Positions 42,780 to 58,169 of a DNA stretch of 64,000 bases are shown piece by piece; position 1 is the stretch's first letter; the number at the start of each line of letters is the position of its first letter. Both the position numbers and the translations under genes were made by a program. The notes under the pieces were generated by a model. It was not told the DNA's origin and did no database searches. It saw nothing but the letters and a program-made list of their open reading frames with translations. The stretch comes from the human T2T-CHM13v2.0 reference genome, Homo sapiens: NCBI RefSeq assembly GCF_009914755.1, contig NC_060947.1. One strand, written 5' to 3'.

Positions 42780-43709
42780 GCAAACTAACATTTAAAGAAT
42801 GGCTGAAGGAAGTTCTCCAAACAGAAACAAGTGATAGAAGGAATCTTTGAGCATCAGGAATGAGAAAGAACAAAGAAAGAACAAAAAATATGGATAAATA
42901 CAATAGGCTGTCCTCTTCTATTGATTTTTTTTTAAAATTATGTTTGATGGTTAAAGCAAAAAGTAAAACATTGTTTGATAGTTTTCTCAATGTATGTAAA
43001 CAAAATACTTAAGATAATTATAAACTGGAGAAAGTAAAGGAATAAAGTTGCTATACTTTAACTGGTAAAATGATGACACCAGTAGATTGTAATAAGTTAT
43101 GTGTATGTCACGTTAGACCTAGAGCAACCACAAAAAAAGCTACACAAAGACATAACTCTAAAAATCCTGTAGGTGAACCAAAATAGAATTCTAAAAAATA
43201 TTCAAGTAACACACAGGAAGGCAAGAAAATGAAAACAGAGAAATAAAAAACAGAGGTAACAAACAGAAAACACTCAAACCAGAAACAACCAAAACGTCCC
43301 TCAACAAGTGAACGGGTTCGACCAACTATGGTACATCCATACCAGGAAAGAAGAGAACTGCCAGCACAGAATTCTACACCCAGCAAAAATATTCTTCAAA
43401 ATGAAGGGGAAATCAAGACATCCTCAGATGAAGGAAAACTAACAGAATTCGTCACTAGCAGACTCGGCAATAGAAAGGAGTAACTATTGACACACACAGC
43501 AACTTGCATGAATCTCCAGGGAATGAAGAAAGGTAATCTCAAAAAGTCACATACTGTATTATTTCACTTATATAACATTCTTGAAATGACAAAATTGTAA
43601 AGATGAAGACTAGATTAGTGATTTCTGGGGGTTAGAGATAGGGTGGGGTGGGTGTAACCATAAAGGTAGCATGAGGGACATCTTTGTGGTGATGGAATCA
43701 TTCTGTATC

Positions 43710-44014
43710 TTTTTTTTTTTTTTTTTTTTTTGAGACAGAGTTTTGCTCTTGTTGCCCAGGCTGGAGTGCAATATGGCACAATCTCGGCTCACCACAACCC
43801 CACCTCCCAGGTTCAAGCAATTCTCCTGCCTCAGCCTCCCAAGTAGCTGGGATTACAGGCATGTGCCACCACGCCTGACTAATTTTGTATTTTTAGTAAA
43901 GAAAGGGTTTCCCCATGTTGGTCAGGCTGGTCTCGACCTCCCAAACTCAGGTGATCCGCCCACGTCGGCCTCCCAAAGTGCTGGGATTACAGGTGTGAGC
44001 CACTGCGTCTGGCC
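43710..44014 (-). mobile_element. Alu (AluSp/Sq-like)
   Basis: Antisense dimer; TSD ttctgtatctt. Confidence 0.97.
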
Positions 44015-44229
44015 TTCTGTATCTTACACAAATCTACACCTGTGATAAAAATGGCATAGAATTATATACACACATACTGTATCAATGTCGAATTCTTAGT
44101 TTTGATACTGTACTCTAGTTATGTAAAATATAATCATGGGAGAAAGTCAGTGAATGGTACAGGGGGCCTCTCTGTACCATATTTGCATCTTCCCGTGAAT
44201 CTATAATTATATTGAAATAAAAAGTTTAG

Positions 44230-46110
<1,881 letters not shown>

Positions 46111-48941
46111 ATATAAATGAAACGTGTGTTAAATACCCAGTTTGGGAAACCACTGTACTAAGATACTAATAACTCTATATGTTAACCTATCCAGAGGCAT
46201 TTTTTATTTTTAAAGAAGGCTGCAATATTTAATCCAAAAGTTGAGGCACTGTTGTATTTGTTGTCACTTATGAAGTGTGGGTTTCCAAGGCAAAGCTTCA
46301 AAGGGCATCATTTTCCTCCTATGTACTAGTCCTGCAATTTGATTAAGTTACCACCACTTTGACAGAATGATAGTCTTCCCTTAGGTTGGACAGCTCGGAG
46401 AAAGGGAACAGAGCACACTTCCCCACTCAATTATGCTTTCATTCTTTATAAATAACTCTGTTTTTAAAACAACACCACATAAAATAAAATTTAGAGCAAG
46501 ATTTATAGAAACACAGACACTTAAGTGCAAATAAATTCTTTCAAATGTTATCAAGCTCTTATTCTATCTTATTCATCAGCCTTGAGTAGATTTCACACAA
46601 TTTAAATATTTCTTAGCTTGTCTGCAGAGTATCAAGGCTTGTCTGTGGCTTTGAGACTTCTACTCCCTTCACCCCAATCAACTCCACTAGTTGTTTAAAC
46701 TGCTCAAATCTTTCTTCAGCCACAGTTTTTTAAGTGAGAGTCTTTTTATTGCTTTGGGCATGTTCCTTTTCCTAGCCAGTGCTCAGAATTTTAACTATCT
46801 AACTATTCAATTTCTCTCTGTCGCTTTACATGGAGGAGAAACTGGATTTCTGTTCCACACAGTTTGGCAAAGGCTAGCAGGGAGTGAGAGATTACAGCCA
46901 GATGTACATCTGCATGTCAGCAGCAAGAAGGTCTGGGATGGTGCTTTTTCAATCAGAAGGGAGTAGTCATTTTCCCTCTCTCTAAGGAGAGGGCCTCCTC
47001 CCTCCCATCAGATATTTGGCTGCTAGATGTTCACTGATTAATTACTGAGGTCGCATCTACACACAATTGGTTTCCTTAACAATTCCAGCAGGCTTCCAGC
47101 TCATTCTTGAATGTGCTTCTTATTTTTAGAAGAACTATCCTCTTTTCCTCCAGCATACATTTGAAAAAGAAAATGAAAACTAGTTGAACAGAGCAAAGCA
47201 TAATTTGTAAACATATAAAAAGAGATTCTACCACAATTTCTAATATTAGAAAATCAAGCAGCAGTGGGAGAGTATTTTTAGGAGCAGGGAAACAGTTCTA
47301 GTACCCTTCAAATCAGAACACCAAGCTCATCATTTATTCTATTTTCATGAAAGGTGTCATTTCCAATATTCTAGAAATCCATTTTATATTGGAAAGGTAA
47401 GGAAAAGTAGACACTCCTTCTCTGTACCCCAACAGCTCCCCATACCCCATCTGACTTCCCAGTAGAAATAGCATATCAAATCCATTATTAGTAAGTTCCT
47501 TTTTCTAGTTTGACTCATGACCGAGAATTTCTATCTGTTTTTCAAGACAGATAAATGTGGTCCCGGCACAATCACCCCACGAAACCTAACCTGGAAGCTA
47601 CCTCTTGGGTCACATTCTCATTTCTAAGAAGCTCAACATGCAACACAGCCAGTGCTAGAAGTACTTGATTCTGAGAAGTATAATTACAGGTTCTCCAAGA
47701 CAGGTCAAATTCACAAGTATGAGTTGACAGTCACTACTTTACCTAAGATCACATCTCTGTACTTGGGGAAATACTGGAACCTGATAAACAAGCAGTAGCT
47801 CTACATTACTGACAATTAGATCTGCAAAATTTGGGGGCCAATCCACCTGAAACTGTGTTTATGCAAGCTCTGAAAAGCCGTATCTACCCATCCTGCCTCT
47901 CCCGGTTCATCTCTCTCCACTCTCCCACATAACACACGCCTTGTAGGCCACTCTGATAATCCTCAACTATGATATAACTGACAGATGATGTGCACATGCA
48001 TGACACACTCCCATGAGTGTCCTTGGGGAATCCGCAGCTATTAATTGGACCCTTTTCTCTAACTCTCATCAAAACAAACTGAAATGCAAGCAGGTGAGAG
48101 TGATGCTATTACTGTAAAGATAACCTTGAATCCACTCTAACTTACAACTAAAGTAAATTATTCAGCAACTCTGGTACATTAATTATTATCAGTAACAAAT
48201 TACTTGTGTCACACTTTCCAACCAATCACAATACATCAACTGTGGTTGACAATGGCTACCTTTGTCCTATCAGTGACCTGCTCTCTCACGCCTCTGCCCA
48301 TGCTTGCCCCCTGTTCCCCAAAGGTCCCAAACCCCATATGGTAAGTCCGCAAAAAAGTTTGTTGATGGATTGAATAAATGAATGAATGAAGAGCTTCCGA
48401 CCTCAGATAAGCCTCACATTGCATTTGCAACACTCATACATTGGGATGCAGCCATGCACCGATGAAAAATAATATTCTGTTATGAATAGTAAAGTCCACT
48501 GTGATTATGGGCAATTTTCTTAACCAGAAAGCATTGAGTAGTAAGATGCTTTGCAGCTGTAGATTTTTATTAAAGACTGTTTAAATAAACATAAAACATA
48601 TTTGCCGGGAGAGGGTAAAAAGACAGATGCAAATTTCAGTCACAAAATAGGTACATTCATTATTTTTTGCATTTGCTTTAAAATGTGCCCCTAAAACAGC
48701 AATTACCCTTAGAAGTCATATTTGACCAGCGATAGGGACCAGAAACAGTGACTTAATTTGGGCAGGAGTTCGCTGGGACATAATATGGCTACTGTGCCTG
48801 GAGTCTTTCTTGGTCATAAAAGCAGTAAGGAAGTATGACATAATGGTGTGACGGTAAATCACAGCCTAAGCCATTTTGGTTGGCAGAATTTGAAAGACAA
48901 ATAAACATTACTTCAGGAGCAGAGAAGACGGGCCTAATTAC

Positions 48942-49161
48942 CTCCGTGCCTAGGCTGGGATCCCTGCGGCTTGTGTCGTTCCTGGACTCAGGTGTGTCTA
49001 CACGGCCAGGGTCCACGTGTACAGGGTCCGGATGGTCCCGTGAAGAGGTGGGTCTGCTAGGGATGTAGGGACTGGCAGCCCCACCTCCACAACCTCCTCT
49101 CCAGGGAAATCAGGCAGCTGGAACCGAATGAGAAGGGCAGCCTTGAGGGGCCCCTTGTAGC
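48942..49161 (-). ncRNA. Candidate 220-nt non-coding exon
   Basis: ~30-nt polypyrimidine acceptor ctcttctcttcctccaatcccactccttccag|, donor GAG|gtaatt; GC/CpG-rich block within AT-rich flanks; stops in all three frames. Confidence 0.4.
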
Positions 49162-49654
49162 CTGGAAGGAGTGGGATTGGAGGAAGAGAAGAGTCTGGTC
49201 CCACCCACTCTGCCTTGGAAGTGGTGGGGAGTTGAAGAGCTGATTGCACTTGCAAATCTCTGCAATTTTTACCTCAGGCCAGTCCAAATTACCTCCTCCT
49301 TCCCTTTTGTGGTCTCCCAGCCAGGCTATAGCTGTGGCCCAAGTGGGCTTTGGGGCTCACCTAGGGATGGAGCCTACTCTCCTTGCTTGTTGCATTTTCA
49401 GAGCTGAAAAACCTCCAACTTTTGTATTTTTTGTTTTACACTGACAGCCCAGGCCATTCTCCTTTCCCTCCTCTCCTGCTTCTCTCTCTCTCTATCCCCC
49501 CATCCCTCTCCCTCTCTCTCTCCCCTTCCCCTGTATGGAAACTGGCTGCCTTCTCATAGCGGAGTAGAAAATAGAATCCCTGGCTTTCACCAGGGCACTA
49601 ACCTTTCATGGCTTTTCTCACACATATACCCCCAATCCATCCAAAATTGCAGTA

Positions 49655-50100
49655 AACACACGCAACATAAAATTTAACGTTTACCATTTTAACCATTTTA
49701 AGCGTACGATTCAGTGGCATTCAGTACATTCACAATGTTGTGCCACCAGCGCCACCCTCCATCTCCAGAATTTTTTCATCTTCTCGGATAGAAACTCTGT
49801 ACCCATCAAACATTAGCTCCCCATTCCCCTCTTTCCCAGCCCCTGGCAACCCCCATTCTACTGTCTGTTTCTATGAATTTAACCATCCTAGAAACTTCAT
49901 GTAAGTGGAATCTTGCAGTGTTTGTCTTTGAGTGACTGGCTTATTTCACTTAGCATAATGTCCTCAAAGTTCATCTGTATTGTAGTATGCATCAGAATTT
50001 CCTTCCTTTTAAAGGCTGAATAGTATTCCATTGCATGTGTGTACCATGTTTTCTTTATCCAATCATCCGTTGATAGACATTTGGGTTGTTTCCACATTTT
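49655..50100 (-). mobile_element. L1MB 3' end
   Basis: 'caacataaaattt...cacttagcataatgtcctcaaagttcat...gacatttgggttgtttccac'. Confidence 0.92.
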
Positions 50101-50249
50101 GAACTCGCCTTTGAACTGTGTAAACATTAGGAATGCACACCCAAAGTGCTGAACATTTCAGGAAGAGAATGAGGTATCCCATCCCCCTCTCTCCACAATC
50201 CTCGTCTTTGATCATCACACCCCTCTGTATATATTGATAACACAGATCA

Positions 50250-50460
50250 GTTGCTAAGCACTTGGCACACTTTATGGCATTTAATCCTCACAACAATGCA
50301 GTGAGGTAGGTGTTATCCTCATTTGACAGAAGGTTATACTGAGACTCAGAAAAGCTAAGCAACTTGCCCAAAGTCAAACAGTTATAAGTAGCAGAGCTGA
50401 GATTTGAAACTCCCACTCAGGCTTGTCTGACTCCAAAGCCCACTCTAAACCACCACTCTA
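50250..50460 (-). mobile_element. MIR
   Basis: 'catttaatcctcacaacaa...actgagactcagaaagctaagcaacttgcccaaagtca'. Confidence 0.88.
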
Positions 50461-51220
50461 GTGCCTACCCAAAGCCCAGGGGCCCTTTGCCACCAGTCTC
50501 TACTTGCTTCTGATTTGGGGTTGGGTTGGTTTTTAAGAAAAGTAGAGCTGGCGTTAAACACTGACAAACCAGTGGCCACGTGCACTTGGAAGGGTCCTTC
50601 AAATCTTCAAATCCTGCCCACGGCCCCCCACCCCCCTAACACACTGAGTTCTGAAACCGTTCTACCTTGGGCTACTGCTATTCAAACCGAGCAGAGAGCA
50701 TTACTGAGATGCTGGGATTTGTTTTAACCTTGTTTGTCAATTAACAGAAAGACTGACCTAGAAGACCAGGGACTTCATTTGTGTCCTTGGATCTGTAGCT
50801 CTTTCATAAGCTATTTGTTTCCCTCTCCTGGGGCCCTCTGCTCTTGTCTGCCTTGAATGGACTAATTAATTACAGAGAAGCCCGGCATTTTGAAATGCTA
50901 GAAGAATTAAGCTAGAGGCTGTTGGCAGATGTTTACCTGTTAGTGTCTTAGATACCTGAGTGACACTAGGTTCCACTAAGAGGAAGAAGACCTGAAGAAC
51001 TTTGTGGCTGAGACTGGGGTGTGTGTGTTACGGAGGGGTGTCCCTGGAGGTGGGAGAAGGCCCAGTGGGGCAGGAAAGTTGCAGACATAAAACACAAACT
51101 TCCCTGCCTCAGTTTTGCCAGGAGATGGCTGAGTGCACAGCTCACTCTGACACTGCCCCAAAGGCCGGCCAGAGTGGCCATGCACATGCTGGTCCTCTGG
51201 GCAGCAGCAGGCCCAGCTGG

Positions 51221-51358
51221 GTAAACAGAAGTGCAGGAGCAAAACAAGCCAATCAATCACAGCACAGCTCCAGCCTACCCCAGTCCCCTCCTCCCCTTTC
51301 CTTTCCAGCTCCCCCGGGTCTCTCTAGCAAGCAAGTGGGCCCAGGTGGCCTTTGATCT
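51221..51358. promoter_or_regulatory. Candidate enhancer/promoter motif cluster (FOX, CCAAT/ONECUT, DR1/TCF)
   Basis: GTAAACA 51221; CCAAT 51249 overlapping AATCAAT; AGATCAAAGGCCA on minus strand 51346-51358. Confidence 0.3.
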
Positions 51359-51854
51359 GTCTCCTTTGCTCTTTACAAGGGGGAAATGTATCTATAGGAA
51401 GAGTGAGCTCAGCCCCACCTGTGACCCACCCCTAGGGTTCCTTGCGGGGAGCCACGAGCTTCACACATTCAGCTGCTAATGGCAAAAAAGACAGGCAGAC
51501 CTGGGATGCTTGAAAAACTTAATGTTGGCTTATGGTAGGAGGGCCTGGGGTGGTTGACCTTCAAGGGTTACAGAGATCAGTAGGGCATGTTATCCTTCTC
51601 AAGCACTGGAGCATGGGCTATAGCCTATGCTAAGCATACAGAGCCCTGTCAGGGTTGAGCTGAAACTTTGCCATTGCCCTTTTGCCTTGTGGCTTGAGTT
51701 TTCCATATACTCCCTGTGTTTAGGCGTGGAGCTCCCACATTTTTGAGATCCCTCATCCTGCTAGCAAATGGATGTATTATCCAGTGTCAAGTCACTGATT
51801 CCCAGAGGGCCTTCTTCCAGAGGCCCACACAGTGTCATGTTCCACTGGGCGAAG

Positions 51855-52190
51855 ATCTTCTGACTGCTGTATCCCCAGGGCCTAGAACCATGCTAACACA
51901 GAATTTGTGCCGATTAAATACTTGTTGAGTGAATGAATGAACTGGCATAGCGTAACGGTTAAGAGGTTAGTCTCTGGAGTCAAACAGACGGGAATTCCAG
52001 CCCAGTTCTGCCAATCTGACCTTGAGAAAGTTTACTTACCTTCCCTTGGCCTTGGTTCCTTGTCTGTAAAATGAGAATAATAGTACATAACAAGACTATT
52101 GTGGGAATTAAAAGAGATAATGCATGTAATGCACTTACCCAGTGCCTCACCCATAATAAATCCTCAGTAAAATGATAGCAATTTTCATTA
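51855..52190 (+). mobile_element. L2 tail followed by MIR
   Basis: 'ctgctgtatccccagggcctagaac...tgaatgaatgaa' then 'ggcatagcgtaacggttaagag...ctgtaaaatgagaataatagtac'. Confidence 0.85.
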
Positions 52191-52437
52191 TCTTGTATAC
52201 CAACTCCAAGCAACTGGCCCAGGCTGCTGGGAGTGCTGATCTGAGGATTCTGTGGTCTAAACCTGACTCAGTGAAAAAGAGTACTTACTCTAAGGCCTTC
52301 TATGGGTAAAGATGGTAGAAATAGGAAGGCATTTGCTGGGTACATGTGCGTGCTGGGTACGTGTGCGTTCTGGGTAGATGGCCAAACTGAAACCATTTGA
52401 AATAGTCTTCAGGGAGAAGTACATTGCGCACATATGA

Positions 52438-52836
<399 letters not shown>

Positions 52837-54204
52837 TAGAGCCATTCATTAGCCCATTACTTGCCTAAGGGTTGGAAATAGCATTCTGATTTTTCGTCAA
52901 AGAGGCCCCAGTCTGAGTCTGTTGTCAACAAAGAGGCAGGCCCCAATGAGCAGTCACTCACCTAGTCCTTAGTGGAGTCTTTGCTCTGTAAGCAGAATAG
53001 CTGCCTCACCATGTGCTTGAATTTGTCAAATGTCACACACTCTATTTCAAACATGTGAGATTTGACATCATGTGAGCAATATTGCACTCATTTCCAACCC
53101 TATTTGAACTTCAAAGGGCATGTCAGCCACACTGGCCCTACCTAAATGTGTGACACTTTTGATCAACTGGTACCTGATGGCCAAGAAGACTTAGAGGCCC
53201 ATGTGTAATCAGAAGTGGAGCCCAGAAAGGGAATTTTGATTAAAGGTAAATGAACTCAAGTCTTGGAAAGTTTGAGTTAAACTGGAAACACAAAGCACAT
53301 GAGGTCAGAGCAAGTCTTAAATTCTCTATCTGAAAACACTCCAATGACATCACCTTGCATCTGGGAGTGTCCTTGGGGTCTGGAGAAGTGTAAGCCAGAA
53401 AGCCTCCCTGGAGAAAAAAAATTCCCCAGAATCTCTCCAGAGACCTAGCTCCTAATAAAGCTGTGGAGTGGGCTGTAAGGCATACTGTGAGGGTGGGGTG
53501 TCACCTTTTTTTTCCCACTGCCTGATCCTGCTTCACTAAATAACAAATTTGCCCATGGGCATTACTTGAAAAGTACGTAAAGATCACCCTGCTCTCCAGA
53601 AGTACCTCCTTCTTGGACTTCAGTGAGTCACCGTTTTTACAGCTTTGGGGCTTGACATTCCTCACGTTCAGGGAATTTGGACAGGATAACTTAGGGAGGC
53701 CTTAGCAAACAAGAACACGTGGCTCAAGCAAGTGGATGCCATCTGGCCAGTTAGTAAGGCTTGCAGGCAAGGGACACCCAACAGGAAACCAATTATGAAA
53801 GTAGTCTCAGGGCCTGCAGCCCCGCCTGGAGGGAAGAGATCTTAGAGATATCCTAGGGCCTGGCTACTTGAGGCCACCAGGGCCTGGATATAGCAGCAGA
53901 AAGGGGAGATTTGAGGGCAAAGGAGACAAATGTTTATATTTTGCCTGGAGCCATCCTGGGCAGTCCTCTTCTCATAGTCCCCCTTCTCTAGCAGAAGGAG
54001 GGGAGACAGTTGAAAGATTGCCCTCTTCCTTTTCCATGCTCACCTCCCTTTCTTGCCAAATGCAGGAGGTTCAAAAGGGGCCTGTGAATAATTGTGTTGG
54101 ACAGGCTGCTGACTGGCTGCTGACTGATAAAGAATTTGTGATAGTAATTTTCTAAATAGAGGAAATTTCACCCAAACCCTTTTCACCTCACACCTGGGCA
54201 AAAA

Positions 54205-54435
54205 ATATTCAGAATAGGCAAATACATAGAGACAGGAAGCAGATTAGTGGTTGCCAGGGGGAGGGGAGAATGACGGCTTAGTGTGTGTGGGGTTTCCTTT
54301 TGTCATGCTGAAAATGTCTTGAAACTACATAGTGGTAAGTATTGCACAACATTGTGAACATAACAAATGTCACTGAGTTGTACACTCTGAAATTGTTGAA
54401 ATGGCGAATTTTATGTTATCTGTATTTTATCACAC
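54205..54435 (+). mobile_element. L1MB 3' end
   Basis: 'cagaataggcaaatacatagagacag...gattagtggttgccaggg...ttttatcacac'. Confidence 0.88.
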
Positions 54436-54641
54436 AAACACAAAAATCCTCAACAAAATACTACTAAACTGAATCCAACAACAAATAAAATGAATTACGC
54501 ACAATGACCAAATAAAATTTTTCCTAGGGATGCAAGGTTGGTTCAACATAAGAAAATCAGTCAATGTAGTATGCTGCATTAATGGAACAAAAACTACCTG
54601 TTAATCTCCATAGATGCAGAACAAGTGTTTGACAAAATTCA

Positions 54642-55025
<384 letters not shown>

Positions 55026-55874
55026 TTAATCTGGTAAAGAACATCTATGAAAAACCCACAACTAACATCAAATTTAATGGTATAAAACTGTAAGATTTCC
55101 CCCTAAGATCAAAAACAATACAAGAATGTCCACTCTTACCACTTCTATTCAATATTATACTGGAAGTTCTAGCTGGGCTAAATAGGCAAGAGAAAAAAAT
55201 TAAAGACATCCAGATTGGAAAGGAAGAAGTAAAAAATATCTCTATTTGCAGGTGGCACAACCTTAGTTAGAAAATCCTAAAGAATCCACAAAAAACTATT
55301 AGAGCTAATAATCAAGTTCAGCAAGGTTGCAGGATGCCAGAAAACACAACAATCAATTCTATGACTAAGCACTAACAATGGACAACTTGAAAATCAAATT
55401 AAGAAAACAATTCTATTTGCAATAAAATAATAAACTAATTAGAAATAAATTTAACAAATGAAGTGCAAAACTTGTACACTGAAAACTATAAAACACCATT
55501 GACAGAGAATAAAGAAGGCCTTAGTAAATGGAATGACATTTCTTGTTCATGGATTAGAAGACTTAATATTGCTAAGATGGCAGTACTCCCCCAATTGTTC
55601 TACGGATTCAGTGTAATCTCTAATAAAATCTCAGCTGGCTTTTTTTTTTTTTGGCAGAAATTGACATGTTGATCTTAAAATGTACACAGTAATGCAACAG
55701 ACCCAGAGCTAAAAGTGTAACAACTAAAACTAAAACTCAGAAGAAAACATAAGTGTAAATCTTCCTGACCTTGGATTAGGTAAGAAATTCTTAGGATGAT
55801 AGGACAACAAACACGCAAGTGACAAAGGAAAAAAAAGAGAGATAAATTGGACTATATGAAAATGAAACACTTTT

Positions 55875-56135
55875 ATTTCTAGAGCACAGTGTCATAATCA
55901 TAGCTTAATGCAGCCTTGACCTCCCGGGCTCAAGCCATCCTTCCACTTCAGCCACTTTAGTAGCTGGGACCACAGGAGTGTGCCACCACACCCAGCTGAA
56001 TTTTTTTTATTTTTTGTAGAGATGGGCTCTCACTATGTTGCCCAAGCTGTTCTCAAACTCCTGGGCTCAAGTGATCCTCCTGCCTCAGCATCTCGAAGTG
56101 TTAGGATTACAGGCATAGGCCACTGTGCCTTCCTA
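55875..56135 (-). mobile_element. Alu (AluJ-like), degenerate
   Basis: 'gggctcaagccatcc', 'ctcaaactcctgggctcaagtgatcctcc'. Confidence 0.9.
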
Positions 56136-56467
56136 GCATGAAGCACTTTTGTACTGCAAATTAAACCACCCAGAAAGTGAAAAGGCAACATGCAGAATGG
56201 GAGAAAATATTTGCAAGTCATATATCTGATAATGGACTTGTATCTAGAGTATCTAGAATTCTCACAACTAAACGATAAAAAGACAAATAACCTAATTAAA
56301 AATGGGCAAAGAATCTGAAGAGTCATTTCTCCAAAGAAGATATACAAATGGCCAATAAGTACACGAAAAGATGCTCAACATCATTAGCCATTAAGGAAAG
56401 GCATATCAAAACCACAAAGAGATACCTAGTGAAGACATCTATTAGGATGGCTATAATCAAAAAGACA

Positions 56468-56755
56468 GGCTGGGCATGGTGGCTCACGCCTATAATCCCA
56501 GCACTTTGGGAGGCTACAGCAGGAGGATCACTTGAGGCCAGGAGTTTGAGGCCAGCTTGGGCAACATAGCATGACCCCACCTCTGAAAAAAAAATTAAAA
56601 AATTAGCCAGTATGGTGGCACACACCTTGTAGTCCCAGCTACTCGGGAGGCTGAGGATTGCTTGAGCCTAGGATTTTGAGGCTACAGTGAGCTATGATCG
56701 CTGCCACTGCACTCCAGCCTTGGAAATAGAGTGAGAACTTGTCTCTTAAAAAAAA
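56468..56755 (+). mobile_element. Alu (AluJ-like)
   Basis: 'ttgaggccaggagtttgag', 'gaggctacagtgagctatgatcg'; TSD aaaaagacag. Confidence 0.95.
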
Positions 56756-56759
56756 GACA

Positions 56760-57152
<393 letters not shown>

Positions 57153-57267
57153 CTACTTTGAGAATGTCTGGCATTTCCTCAAAAATTTATAAACATAAAT
57201 TCCCATATGACCCAGTAAGAGAAACGAAAACATGTGCCCACCGAAAACCTTGTAAATCAATGTGTTC

Positions 57268-57395
57268 TTTTTATTATTTTAGAGATGAGATCTCTCTGTG
57301 TTACCCAGGCTGGGCTTGAACTCCTGGGCTCAAGTGACCCTCCTGCCTCAGTCTCCTGAGTAGCTGGGACTACAGGCACATGTCATTGCACTCGG
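57268..57395 (-). mobile_element. Alu monomer (FLAM-like)
   Basis: 'gagatgagatctctctgtgttacccaggctgggcttgaactcctgggctcaag'. Confidence 0.85.
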
Positions 57396-58065
57396 CATAA
57401 ATGAATGTCTATAGCATTGCTATTCACAGATAGCCAAAAGATGGAAACAACTCAGATGTCCATCAGCTGACAAATGGATAAAGAAAATTTGGTATATCCA
57501 TACAATGGAATATTATTCAGGTATAAAAAGGAATGAAGCACTGATTCATGCTACAATGTGGATAAACCTTGAAAACATTCAGCAAAGTGAAATAAGCCAG
57601 ACACAAAAGGCCACATATTACACGATTCCACTTACATGAAATGACCAGAATGGGCAAATCCAGAGGCCGAAAGATTAATGTTTGCCAGGAGTTGGGGCGA
57701 GGAGGAAATGGGGAGTGACTGCTAACATGTAATGAGTTTCTCTTTGGGGATGATGAAAATATTCTGGAATTGAATAGTAGTGATGGTTTTACAACTTTCT
57801 AAATATACTAAAACCACTTAATCATATAGTTTAAAGGTGTGCATTCTATGGTATATGAATTATATCTCAATAAAAAACGAAAAAGTTATTTTTGCAGGGA
57901 GATAACTGATTTTTGGTTTATAGCCCAGATGTTTATGGAATTACATGACAGTGCTATTATAAAACTTTTAAATTTTCTTCTTCTTACTTATGTAAACAAG
58001 TTTATTCAGCCCTTAAATATATTAAAAAATTAGAAATAGAATTGATGCTGAAAGGTGAGAGCATA

Positions 58066-58169
58066 CAGTCCAAGCTACTCAGGAGGCTAAGGCAGGAGGA
58101 CTGTTTGAGTCCAGGAGTTTGAGTCCAGCCTGGGCAACATAATGAGACTTTGTCTCAAAAAAAAAAAAA
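58066..58169 (+). mobile_element. Truncated Alu monomer (FLAM-like)
   Basis: 'agctactcaggaggctaaggcaggagga...ccagcctgggcaacata' plus A-tail. Confidence 0.85.

Larger units (their letters stand above)
40995..44226 (+). mobile_element. L1MD/MC-like element: 5' UTR + ORF1 joined to the 3' UTR (ORF2 missing)
   Basis: 5' end 'acttcagtttcaagacaagatg...ggctagggaccttggg'; ORF1 'aaccaaatggaaattttaga', 'aagaactgccagcacagaattcta'; 3' end 'gtgaatctataattatattgaaataaaaag'. Confidence 0.75.
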
